A stretch of 64,000 bases of DNA from the NCBI GenBank assembly GCA_949285665.1, contig CASDYC010000001.1:5376-69375 (forward strand), written 5' to 3'. Of the stretch, positions 46,621-58,000 are shown in pieces. The translations under genes were made by a program, and so were the position numbers. Below the pieces are notes generated by a model that was not told the DNA's origin, searched no databases, and was given only the letters and a program-made list of their open reading frames with translations. The DNA comes from an uncultured bacterium. GTDB lineage: Bacteria; Bacillota_I; Bacilli_A; RFN20; CAG-826. How positions within the stretch are numbered: position 1 is the first letter of the stretch; each line of letters opens with the position of its first letter.

Positions 46621-47717
46621 TGGCATTTAGTAAGTTAAAACAGTGGTTATTTAAACTAAATCTTAAAGTAGTCATAAATATGGCTGTCTTTGGTTTTGTC
46701 GTTATTTTAATTGTTATTTGCACGATTATTCAAGTAGGTTTAGACTTCACTAAAATCAATTGGGCTACTTGGGCTGCTAATTCACTTTTATTAATTGGAA
46801 TTACGATGATTGGACAAATTTCTTTTGAAGGAATTTTTACAAGTTATTTATATCAAAAAGATGGTTGGAAATATCAAAGGGCTAAAGATAAATATAAAGA
46901 AGTATTAGAAAGAGTAGGGGATTTTAGAATTTATTTATGGCAATATTTAGAATATTTTCAAAAACAAGAATTAAGAAAAGCAAGAATTGATATTTTATCT
47001 CGTTGTGGAATCGATAATCCTACTTTATTTGTTGATAATTTCAAACTTAATGAAATTAAAGAATTAGCAGAACATCCTATTTATAAAAAAGAAATAGATT
47101 ATACTTGGGACAAATTAACTGACTATCAAAAAGAAAGAGTTTATTATGCTTATTCAATTGAAACCGAAACAAAGAAAATAACTCACAGAGAAATGGGATT
47201 AATTATTGATAACCCAGGTGCTGATTATTATTTAAGTTTAGACAGTGAAATTGTAATGACTTCAATATTAAATGAACCAAAAATATTAAATAAAAAGATT
47301 AAATCAAATCAATTTTTTGGAAGAACTTTGAAAATTATAAGTTATGTAATTGTTTCAATTATCTGGTCTAGTTTTACAATCAGTGAAATAGCAAGTGGGA
47401 ATGATCCTGTTGTCTATATGAACTTATTTGCTCGTTTATTTGCCTTATTTGGGGGAGCATTAGGGGGAATTATGACTTCAATGGGGACTGTTAGTATTAT
47501 TGCAAGAAAGATTAATTCCAAAACTGAAGTTCTTAAAAACTTCCTTACTGCAATGGACTTAGAAGAATTCACACCTCAAAGTCAAAGTGATATAGCAAAA
47601 AGGCACTATGAAGATTATGTTAAAAAACAAAAAGAAGCAGTTGATAGCGTTGTTGATATAAAAGAAGAAGATAAACATAAATATTTAGAAGGAGGTGTAA
47701 TTAATGGCAGAAATTAA
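46620..47717 (+). CDS. polytopic membrane protein
   Basis: 365 aa with several TM helices. Confidence 0.35.
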   Translation: MAFSKLKQWLFKLNLKVVINMAVFGFVVILIVICTIIQVGLDFTKINWATWAANSLLLIGITMIGQISFEGIFTSYLYQKDGWKYQRAKDKYKEVLERVGDFRIYLWQYLEYFQKQELRKARIDILSRCGIDNPTLFVDNFKLNEIKELAEHPIYKKEIDYTWDKLTDYQKERVYYAYSIETETKKITHREMGLIIDNPGADYYLSLDSEIVMTSILNEPKILNKKIKSNQFFGRTLKIISYVIVSIIWSSFTISEIASGNDPVVYMNLFARLFALFGGALGGIMTSMGTVSIIARKINSKTEVLKNFLTAMDLEEFTPQSQSDIAKRHYEDYVKKQKEAVDSVVDIKEEDKHKYLEGGVINGRN

Positions 47718-48429
47718 CGAATTAATCCAAGAAATTAAAGGTTATTTTACTGGTGGAACTCAAAGAGAAACATTTGTTAATAATACATTTCTTGGATTGA
47801 GCGATAGACCTAGTGCTGAAGGTATTTCGCCTAGACAAATTAAGTTATATGGTTCTCAAACTCAAATTCAGTTATATGATTGGATGAATAAATATAACTT
47901 ATCACTCGCTGCTTTATTAGATTTAATAAAACAACAAATTGATTTTGTAGTAAGTGGTGCTGTTTATAGACTATATATCGCATTTAACTTTACTTTTAAT
48001 AGAGATGAATATGGAAGCACGACATTAAATGGAAATGCTACTCCATCACAATTAAGTCAAATTGAAAAATTTATTAATTATCAAAATCCAAAATTACTCT
48101 ATGTAATGATTAATGGAGATAACTATTTAGCAAACGATATTCAATATCTTGAAGATACAAACGAATATTTAATCTCTTGTCTTGGAATTACAAGCAATGC
48201 AAGAGTTCAAAGTGCAAGTATAAGAATTGATGCTGACATTAATTCAAGCACTTATTCATTAATTACTGGTTATCATTTCAAAGAAATATATAAAAGTCAA
48301 ATTGTAGCAATAAAAAGCGAAATTGACACTATAAACGAAAGAATTGATAACGAATGTCTTAAATATTATGACGTTAAAGAAAACAACAGCCAAGGAATTG
48401 TAACAATTACATTGAAAGGAGAAAAATAA
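47704..48429 (+). CDS. tail-module protein, hypothetical
   Basis: 241-aa ORF. Confidence 0.35.
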   Translation: MAEINELIQEIKGYFTGGTQRETFVNNTFLGLSDRPSAEGISPRQIKLYGSQTQIQLYDWMNKYNLSLAALLDLIKQQIDFVVSGAVYRLYIAFNFTFNRDEYGSTTLNGNATPSQLSQIEKFINYQNPKLLYVMINGDNYLANDIQYLEDTNEYLISCLGITSNARVQSASIRIDADINSSTYSLITGYHFKEIYKSQIVAIKSEIDTINERIDNECLKYYDVKENNSQGIVTITLKGEK

Positions 48430-49202
48430 TGGCGACAAAAGAAATTCAATTTTATACTGTATCACAAGTTGATACCTTATTAGCAGCAATTAAGGGAAAT
48501 GGAAGTGGAGATACTATCTCTGGTTTAAAGGCTCTTATAACAACAAACACAAACAATATAACAGCAATTAATAATTCAAAAGGAAAAGCAAATGGTATTG
48601 CTACTCTTGATAGTGGCGGCAAAGTCCCATGTTCACAGCTTCCAAGTTATGTTGATGATGTTATAGAATATGACAATAAATCATCATTCCCAGCATCTGG
48701 AGAAAGTGGAAAGATCTATATTGCAAAAGATACAAACTTACAATATAGATGGAGTGGTAGTGATTATGTTGAAATCTCATCATCTCTTGCATTAGGTGAA
48801 ACTTCTTCAACTGCATTTGCTGGGAATAGAGGTAAAGCATTAGAAGATAAAGTCGCAAGTATTGAAGCAACTATTGGTAGTGAAGATGAAAGCGGAGATA
48901 CTTTATTAAATAGAGTTAGCGAATTAGAAGTTGATGTAAATACTCTTAATACTACATTAACAAGTTTACAAAACACTGTGTCTTCTAATAAAACAGAATT
49001 AGATGGAAAAATTAATACAATTACAACGAATTATAATGCTATTCTAACTCGATTAACAAATATTGAAAGTAAAAATACAACACAAGATACAACTCTTGGA
49101 GAACATACTAATTCAATTCAAATGCTAGAAGCAAGAGCAATTGCAATGTCAGTTAATGAGCAAACTGGTGTTGTTACGTTTACTTATGATGATGGTAATT
49201 AA
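48429..49202 (+). CDS. fibre-like protein with a coiled coil
   Basis: 257 aa. T/N/S-rich heptad segment TLNTTLTSLQNTVSSNKTELDGKINTITTNYNAILTRLTNIESKNT. Confidence 0.4.
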   Translation: MATKEIQFYTVSQVDTLLAAIKGNGSGDTISGLKALITTNTNNITAINNSKGKANGIATLDSGGKVPCSQLPSYVDDVIEYDNKSSFPASGESGKIYIAKDTNLQYRWSGSDYVEISSSLALGETSSTAFAGNRGKALEDKVASIEATIGSEDESGDTLLNRVSELEVDVNTLNTTLTSLQNTVSSNKTELDGKINTITTNYNAILTRLTNIESKNTTQDTTLGEHTNSIQMLEARAIAMSVNEQTGVVTFTYDDGN

Positions 49203-49204
49203 TT

Positions 49205-49714
49205 ATGGCAATAAGCGGAGATAAAGTTTTTATGGTCTATCGACCTGCAAATTTAAATATCAATAATGTTACTCTTTCAAATTATAACAACCCAATTGGT
49301 GATAATAAGATTAAATATTCTTATCAAGGAAGTTACATAAATATCGCAATAGGTGATATTTATATTGATGTATCAAAGTATACGCAATTCACTGATGCAA
49401 ATCTTAAGAAAATTAAATTATATGATAGAGGAAGTAATCATATGATTGTTGATAGAGATTCAAGCGATATTGATGTAACTGTAATAAGTAATCCTTTAGA
49501 AGCACCAACTATGAAAGCAGGGACTGTTATAGCAACATTATCGGCTGATGCTCTAGGCTATGATTTAGAACAAAATTATAGAGTTTTAGATTTAGTTTTA
49601 GAGTTTAATTTAGATGATGGAAAAGCACATATTGGTGAACTTCCTAAATATATTCAAGTTTTTAGAGTGAAATTAGGAGCAATGACACTAGATCCTAGTG
49701 TTCCAATTAACTAA
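49205..49714 (+). CDS. tail-module protein, hypothetical
   Basis: 169-aa ORF. Confidence 0.3.
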   Translation: MAISGDKVFMVYRPANLNINNVTLSNYNNPIGDNKIKYSYQGSYINIAIGDIYIDVSKYTQFTDANLKKIKLYDRGSNHMIVDRDSSDIDVTVISNPLEAPTMKAGTVIATLSADALGYDLEQNYRVLDLVLEFNLDDGKAHIGELPKYIQVFRVKLGAMTLDPSVPIN

Positions 49715-49725
49715 AAGGAGAATTT

Positions 49726-50607
49726 ATGGCAACAAAGACAGTGGAAATACCAACTAAATTTAAAACTATAAATAATCAAGAAATTACTGGAGAAGGTAAT
49801 ATTACAATTGAAGCAACTGGCGGAATGACACAAGGTGCATCTTTTTGGGGTGGTAGTTTTTATCAAACAAGTGCTAGTTATAGAATTTATACAATTACTT
49901 GTAGTGAAGAAAAAAGACCTTTAATTAATGATTTAGTGTTAGATCAATCAAGTGGTAATGTTTATAAAATAACTTCCAGTTCCTATTATGCTACTGCTAC
50001 AACTTATGTAAGAGTTAGATGTTCAACAACTTCTTCATTTTCTTTAAAAGGAGCAACTGGAAGCACGCCTACAATTAGTGCAACTGCAACTGTTAGTAAT
50101 ACTACCGGGACTCCAAGTGTTACAGTTACAAAATCAGGGACAACTACAAATCCAAGTTTTAAATTTGCATTTAGCGGATTAAAAGGAGAACCAGGAGAAG
50201 GGGGTAGTTCAGAAGATATAATTACAATTAAGAAAACTAATTTTTCTATATATGGAGGAGAAACAACTTATGTCGCTCTTCCTGATGACTTTTCAGTTTG
50301 TAAGATTTATTCAGACTATAATTTTAACTTAACTTATGAAGGAGAACAATTTCAAGGTTCTGTAAGACTTGCTTCTTCGACTACTAGTGGGACTGTTAGT
50401 AATCTCATTGACTTAAGTGGTGCAATATATTTTGAAATAACGATTATCGAAAATGGTGGTGTAAGACTTACCATTGGTAAAAAAGTAAATAATCAAATAA
50501 GTGTTTATGAAGAAATCATTGCAAATTCAAGAGGTTTTAAATATTTAGAATTTAATTTTACTTTTACATCCAGTAATCAATGTGGAGGTTATATGTTTTA
50601 TGTATAA
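49726..50607 (+). CDS. fibre/receptor-binding-like protein with a short collagen-like GxY stretch
   Basis: S/T-rich, with GLKGEPGEGG. AAAGGAG RBS. Confidence 0.4.
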   Translation: MATKTVEIPTKFKTINNQEITGEGNITIEATGGMTQGASFWGGSFYQTSASYRIYTITCSEEKRPLINDLVLDQSSGNVYKITSSSYYATATTYVRVRCSTTSSFSLKGATGSTPTISATATVSNTTGTPSVTVTKSGTTTNPSFKFAFSGLKGEPGEGGSSEDIITIKKTNFSIYGGETTYVALPDDFSVCKIYSDYNFNLTYEGEQFQGSVRLASSTTSGTVSNLIDLSGAIYFEITIIENGGVRLTIGKKVNNQISVYEEIIANSRGFKYLEFNFTFTSSNQCGGYMFYV

Positions 50608-51127
50608 GTTTTTAGTAGGTTCACAATTATTAGGTTTAACAAATTCAAAAGATATTGATTATTATGTAATTTTAGAAGAAGGCGAAACATTAAATAAAGA
50701 AACCGGGGTTGATTATCACGTTGTTGATTGGGAAAAGAGATTAAAAGTTTTAACTTTTCAAGACACTAATCCTAATTATTGTATTTTTTGTTATCAACAT
50801 GATAAACAAATTAATCCAAGTTTCGCAGAGTTTTTCGAATATAATTTATTAGATTATAAAAAAGAATTAATAGATTTAATTGATAATATTATTAAAAATA
50901 AATTACTTAATTTTAATAATAAAATCACAACAACAAATAACTGTTGTTGCAAGATTATTTATCATATTGCTTACAATATTTTCATTTTAGAAAATAATTC
51001 TCCAATAATTACAGCTGAACAAAAAGAAATAATTCAACAAATTCATGACAGAGTTATGCCAATTGAATATTTAGATACACTTAAAAATAAATTTTATCAA
51101 ATAAAGGAGGCGTATTATGGCAATTGA
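50600..51127 (+). CDS. minimal nucleotidyltransferase-fold protein (pol-beta superfamily motif)
   Basis: VGSQLLGLTNSKDIDYYV matches GS, 10 residues, then DID. The probable start is the ATG at 50600 after GGAGG. The ORF track starts at 50582. Confidence 0.4.
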   Translation: MYKFLVGSQLLGLTNSKDIDYYVILEEGETLNKETGVDYHVVDWEKRLKVLTFQDTNPNYCIFCYQHDKQINPSFAEFFEYNLLDYKKELIDLIDNIIKNKLLNFNNKITTTNNCCCKIIYHIAYNIFILENNSPIITAEQKEIIQQIHDRVMPIEYLDTLKNKFYQIKEAYYGN

Positions 51128-52073
51128 TGAATACAAAAATACTAACAATAAATCAACTTCAAATCCTTATGATGATCAACTTGAAGAATTATTAAAAAAT
51201 AAGGATTATGCTGGTGCTTTAAATCTTGAAAAATATAACTATAGATTGAAGCAAGGTGAAGCAAATAATTTATCTTCTATGAGCGAAGAAAGTCAAATGG
51301 CTTTAAGTGAAAATAAACAAAATTATCAAGATACAACTAATCAAAATTATGTAAATAATGAAATTAGAAATAAATATCTTGGTGATAATTTAAAATACCA
51401 GGGAATTACGCAAGGTGGAGAAGAAGCGTATTTAAAAGCAAATCAAACCAACGCTTATGAAACTGCTCAAAATAATGCTTATTTAGATTATTTAAATAGC
51501 GAAAAAGAAATTAGACAAGGTGAGATAGATGCTCAAAACGAACAATTAACTTCTTTAATTGGCGCTGCAACTTCAATGGATGAAGTTTATAGTTATTTAA
51601 AAAATTATGGTTATGTTGATGAAAATAATAACTATACTGCAAAATGGCTTAATATGAGTGAAGCAGATAAGGCTTATTTTTCAAGTATTGTAACTAATGC
51701 TGAAGCAAGAATTAATAGTGCTGCAACTCCATACGCTGATTTAGTGGATGGCAAACAACAATTTAATTCTGAAGCAGTTGGAAATCTTGGTTATATGCTC
51801 AAAAATGGAAATTATTCAAGCGAATCAATATCTGTAGGTATGGCTTCTGAATATCAAGCAATGGTTAGATATCAAGGTAATTTTAGAAATGGAACTGCTA
51901 TTAAATTATCAAGTGGCGGTGCTAATGCTGGAACTGCTTATTTAATTTATATTGATGGAGCATACTATCAAATAAGTGAAGATGAATATAACCAATTTGG
52001 AGGCGATAGATATAGTTTCTCATATGGTAGTGGTAGCGGAGATACATCTAGTGTAAGAATACAAAAACAATAA
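51117..52073 (+). CDS. N/Q/Y-rich tail-module protein, hypothetical
   Basis: 318-aa ORF. Confidence 0.35.
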   Translation: MAIDEYKNTNNKSTSNPYDDQLEELLKNKDYAGALNLEKYNYRLKQGEANNLSSMSEESQMALSENKQNYQDTTNQNYVNNEIRNKYLGDNLKYQGITQGGEEAYLKANQTNAYETAQNNAYLDYLNSEKEIRQGEIDAQNEQLTSLIGAATSMDEVYSYLKNYGYVDENNNYTAKWLNMSEADKAYFSSIVTNAEARINSAATPYADLVDGKQQFNSEAVGNLGYMLKNGNYSSESISVGMASEYQAMVRYQGNFRNGTAIKLSSGGANAGTAYLIYIDGAYYQISEDEYNQFGGDRYSFSYGSGSGDTSSVRIQKQ

Positions 52074-52093
52074 TAAAAAAAGGAGTTGTTGTA

Positions 52094-55000
52094 ATGGCTG
52101 ATAGAAATACTTATTTAAAAATGATGCTTAATAATGGAAAAACTCAAAATTCGAGCATTCCATATGTTAAGGATTATGTTGCAAATTTGGGCTTAAACGA
52201 TGAAGATATCGCTGATTTTCTTATTAAAAATAATGAAATAAACGCAAAACAAATATTAACTGAAAGTCAACAACAACTCCAAACACAAGATCAATCATTT
52301 AATCAAGAAAAAGAAGAAGATAAAAACTGGTGGCAAAATATCGTTGATGGTATGGCTTCAATTGGTAATTCTGTTATTGATGGCATTATGAACTTTGCAG
52401 ATGATATTGGAGACTTCTTTATATCAGTTGGCGATTGGATGATGGGTGGCAATAATGAATGGGCTGATGAAGCAATAAATTATGATTGGCAAGCACAAGT
52501 GACAAATGCTTTAAATTTTATGCAACCATTACTTCAAGTAGTAGATGTTGTTCAAAACTATAATGATTGGGCACAAAGTATTTGGCAAGGTGGAGATACT
52601 TCAAGAGATTATTTAAATGGTATTGTAGAAGGAACTTGGACAGATAATGATTTTGGTAAATTTTTAAGAGATGCTGCAAATTCAATTGGTTATATGCTTC
52701 CTACAATTGCAGTTGGTGTATTAACTGGTGGATCTAGTGCCGCAGCACTTTCAACTATGGGAGTAGTTGCTGGTATGGGACAAACTTCTGATGCTTATCA
52801 AGAAAATAATAATATGGGACTTGCTTTATTAAGTGGTATTGTAGCAGGTGGAATTGAAGCTGGAACTGAAGCAATAGGTGGCTTTATTCCAGGCAGTAAA
52901 ACAATAACAAAAACAACAATTAAAGCTCTTGGAAAACAAATGTTAGAAGAAGGTGCTGAAGAAGTTGTAAGTGGATTTTTACAACCAGTTGTCGATAGTA
53001 TTGCAAAAGGAAATGCAGAACCTTGGTTTGATGAAAATGGACAATTTGTATATTTTTCTCCAGAATTTTGGTTTACTGGGGAAGATAGCGTTGCGAGACA
53101 AGGAGCGTTAGGTGCTTTTACTGGTGGAGTTTTTGGTGGTGCAAATATTGTTCAAAATAGAATTAAATATGGGAAAGCTGGACAACAATTTGGTCAAGCA
53201 TATCAAGAATTTATCGAAACTAGAAATGAAGCCAGAGAATTAAAAAGTAAAAACAAAAGCACAGAAGCAATAGAACAAAAATTAGGAGAAGCAAGTGTTT
53301 ATTTAGCAGAAAAAGCAAATGAGTTAAAAACAGCAATTGAAAACGGAACTATTAGCAATAGACAAGTTAAAAACCTTGGAGAAATGTTACATAATCCAAC
53401 TTCTAATAGAAATTTATTAGCAGAAAATTTAAACGAAAATATAAATAAATTAAATAATATTACAAATTTAAATGAACATATATTAAGAGATTTAGTAAGT
53501 GATTTTAATATTTCAAATAATTCAAACTTTAAATTAGATGTAGTTGATGATTTAAAAGATGTAAATGGTAATAGTGTAAATGCTCAATTTAATGAAAATA
53601 CAAATACTATAAGTCTTAATTCATCTATTTTAGATAATAATGCATATTCAGTATTAGGTCACGAATTATTAGCTCATGGTGTTTTAGATAATATATTAAC
53701 TAACTCAAATACAAGAAGTATAGTTTTTAATTTGGTTAATAATGACACTGAATGGGTTAATCAAAATAAACAAACAATTTTAAAAGAATATAACACAACT
53801 GAAAACTCTGAAATATATAAAAGTGAATTAGTTGCTAATTATTTACAAGAAAAATTAATTAATAATAATTCTTTAAGTGATTTAGAGCTATTAGCAAGCA
53901 ATAAAGGTGTTTTTAAAGAATTTATAAATTCTGCTAAATTAATTATGGAAAACACTAATTCTAGTAAATTAAAACAACAAATTAGAAAAGCAGTTAGACA
54001 ATTTGGAAAAAGCAATTATAGAGTTAATTCGATTGTTTTAAAAATGCTTAATGATAAAAAATTAAACAACAAAGAACAAGAATATTACGACCAAAATAAA
54101 ACATTATTTGATACATATTTTAGCATTATTAATGGTGGATTACTTCAAGAAACAAATGGTGAACTAAAAATTGCTTATAGTAAAGATTTAAACGATGTAG
54201 TAGATGAATTAATTGAAAATAGCGATAAAATTGAAACACGTATCGAAAGTGATAATCAAGGTGAATATGTTGTTTATCAAAATCTAGATTTAAACAACTT
54301 TAATAGAAACGAAAGAAGAATAATATTAAGAAATTATTTAAAACAAAAATTCACAAGTGATTATATTTTCCATATTTCAAGCGATAATACAGAAGCAACC
54401 TTAACAAGTGATGGTCGAGGTAAAATGTCAGATCATGGTTCAAGTGCAGCTGCAAGCGCTAAAATTGAGTTAGAAAATATTTTAAAAATCGCTAAAAAAA
54501 TAAAAGTAGAAGATAGTTATAAATCTAATGAAGATTATACTTATACAACATATAATTCAAGAATATTAATTGGCGAAACAATGTATTCTTTTGATATTGA
54601 TTTAAAAAATTTAAAAGATGGTAATAGAATATATGATATTAAAAATGAAAAAAGCACTCCTGTCAATGGCAGTCTTACAAATGCAGACCTACACCCATCA
54701 GGCAGTGCTTTTCTTAATGATAGTATCTCACAAGAAAATAATTCTGTCAATAGTATTGATAATTTAAACGAAAGGGGTAATAATAATTTATATGAAAGAA
54801 CAGATGAGTTTAGAAGATTACAAGAAGAAAGTAGAAAATTACTTGAAAAATTCCAAAGTGGAGAACAAACTTATAAACAATTGGATGAAAGTATACGAGA
54901 AAGATATACAAGATGCATTCAACAAGCACTGGAAAGCGGAAGAAATAGCAATTCCTATGATTTTAGGTTATTAAAATCTTCTAAAAATACCAAATTTAAC

Positions 55001-58000
55001 ATAACAAATAATATAAATAATAATTTATTTCATGATGCATTTGAAACTATAAAACCTTATATACAACAAAATGAATTAGTTGATTTACACGATGATTATA
55101 CTAATTGTCAATGTTTTTTAAGTTCCGATGGATTACAAGGTTTTGCTATTGAACCAAATGGAAATTTAATTAGTGTTTTTAATGCTGATACAAATAAGAG
55201 AGGATTTGTTGAAGCAATAAGTAATTATGTAAAAGAACATGGTGCTACACATTTAGATTGTTATGGCTATTTAGCAAATTATTATAATAAAGTTTTAGGT
55301 TTTAAAACTGCATCTATAATGGATTATAACATGGAGTATGACCATCACAATATTGCAAGTAATTATAACAATCCACAAGTTGCATTTATGGTTAATACAA
55401 ATGAAAATGTTGAAACAAAACACTTTAATAAAGACCAATATGATGAAGCAGTAGAGTATCAACAATCATTTATTAATAAAGAAAAAATTAAATATTCTAG
55501 GAAATTGAATAATTCACAATTATCTAATGAAGAAAAAGAAAATTTAGCAAAAAAATCATATAATAATTTAAAGAAATTTTCAGTAAACGAAAAGAGAATA
55601 TTGAATAATAATTATAATACAACGTTGAATTCTTTTGACGAAGTAAAACAATATATTAAAGACGCAATTAATGGGAAAGATATTTCAAGGTATGGATTAT
55701 TAGGCAAAATAAGTAAAAATTTGAGCGATAAAATCTTTGAATATACAAATTTAAATTTAAAAGATTATAATTTAGCATTTAATAAAGATAATTTAAAACA
55801 TATATATAAAAGACATGTCGAAAATTTAGCTAATCAAATAAAAATTAATATAGATGACATATATTTATTACCATACTTATTAGAAAATTCAAATGATATA
55901 ACAATTGAAAAAATGAAAAATGGTGATAAATATATTAAATTTATTACAAATTTTAGTGATGAATATATAATTTTTACTTTAAGTTCTAATAAGAATAAAA
56001 GATTAACATTAAAAACTATTTATATAAGAAAAAAAGGAGCTGGCTTCCCAACGGGCAATGCTGATTACCTTAGTAATCCCCCAGCCCTTACGTCCAAAAC
56101 GGATGATGGGGCTTCGTCTCCTTTTACTACTATTAGTTTTACACAAAAAAGTTTTGGTGTCAATAATTTAGATAAAAATACTGCAGTTCAAAAACACAAT
56201 AATAAGTCAAATAATAATACTAAAAACGAAGTTGACATTAATGTTTTAGAAACCAATAAAGCAAATAAAGTTAAAGAAAATGCTAATAAACAATTATGGC
56301 AAAAAGTTATTAGTTTTAAAGATGCAAAAATTGCTTATAATTCTTTAATTGATTTTATTAATAATTCACTTAACATAGATTTAACAGTTAAAAATAAAGA
56401 AACAAAAATTAGAGCCTTATTTGATAGTTATAATGTAAATGAAATAAATAATACTTTAAACGATTTTTCAAAAGACTTATTAAATTCAAAAGTTTATCAA
56501 GGCGTTGAAACGACTTTAAGAGATGTTTTTGAAGCAAACGATTTTGACACTGTCAAACTTGAAAATGCTATGACTAAATCTCTTAAACATGTTTTAGATA
56601 ATAAAGCAAAAACAAGTGAAACAACAAAAATATTTGATAATTTACAATCTCAATTACTTAAAGCAGTTGATTTAATTAATAGATATAAAAATAGAGCAAG
56701 ACAATTTGCTAGTCTTTATAAAAAAGTTGAAAACATTAAAAAGCAATTAAAAATAGAAAATAATAACACCAAATTAACAGATATTAAACTTGATGAAGTT
56801 AACTTACTTAAATATTTAGTAAGCGGAAGAGTATTTACAAAAGATGGTGGAATATCTGGAACTTGGAGAACTAGATTTAATGATCTAATGAAAGAAGATG
56901 TTAATTATTTTTCATCTTTAAGAAATAGTGTTTTTAATGAAAATGGTGAACTTAATAAAGCAATTGAAACTTTTGAATATTTAGGAAATTCATTTGATTT
57001 AAGAAGAAAACAACAAAGAACTTTAAATATAGAAGAAGCTGATGCTTTAATTCAAGCATTTAATAGTGTTTTAAGTGCAATGAACGACTATAAAAACGGC
57101 TATTATGAAAAAGTAGAAAAATTATCAAATGATTTATATTCAGAGCAAAGCGAAATTATAGAAGCAAATAAAAATAAAAGTTTTACATTGTCAAAAATTA
57201 ATCAAATAATATCAAGAGTATCAAGCCCACTTACTAATTTAGCTCTTTATTTTGGTGGTGAAAACACGCACATGTATAAAGAATTAATTGGTAATATTGA
57301 AAATAATTATGAAAGATATTTATTTGACCAATCCGCTTTAAATACTTCGTTAATTAAGAAATTAGAAGGTATTTCTAAAAAAGGTATATTAACTAATCAA
57401 ACTAAGGTTATAAAGAATTTTAAGGGTTTAAAACGCTTAAATAAATGGCATTTATATTCGATGTGGTTAAACTTAAAGGCTGAAAGTAATTTAGCAAGAG
57501 TTAGCGAAAAAGGATTTACACTAAAAGATAAAGTTGGCCAAGTTCAACATATTAATTATGATACAGATTTATTAAGCGATATTGAAAGTCATTTAGATGG
57601 AGTAGAAATTGAGCAACTTCAAGCTTTACTTGATTTTTATAATGTTGAAATTAAAGACTATATTAAAAAGGCTCAAACTAAAATTGATGGATTTAGTAAT
57701 GTTTTAAGTTCAACATATTACCCACAAATTACAAGTAAGAGTGAACTTAAAGGAAATTTAACTGGTGATGAACCATTATTTTTAAGAGATAATGGACAAT
57801 TTAAAAACTTAAAAGCTAGAACAGGAGTTATTACAAGTTTAGATTTAGTAAATCCTCTTGAGCTAGTGAGAAGTTATATTGATAGTGCATCAAGATATTC
57901 AAATCTTACACAAGCTGAAAGATTACTTAATAGAACATTAAATAAAAATATTATTGTAAATAAAGAAACTACATCACTAAGAAAATTATTTAAAGAAAGA

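Noticed and set aside
53630-53660. HELLAH in the giant protein as a zincin HEXXH motif
   Set aside because: The spacing is HEXXXH, not HEXXH, so it gives no support for a metallopeptidase domain.
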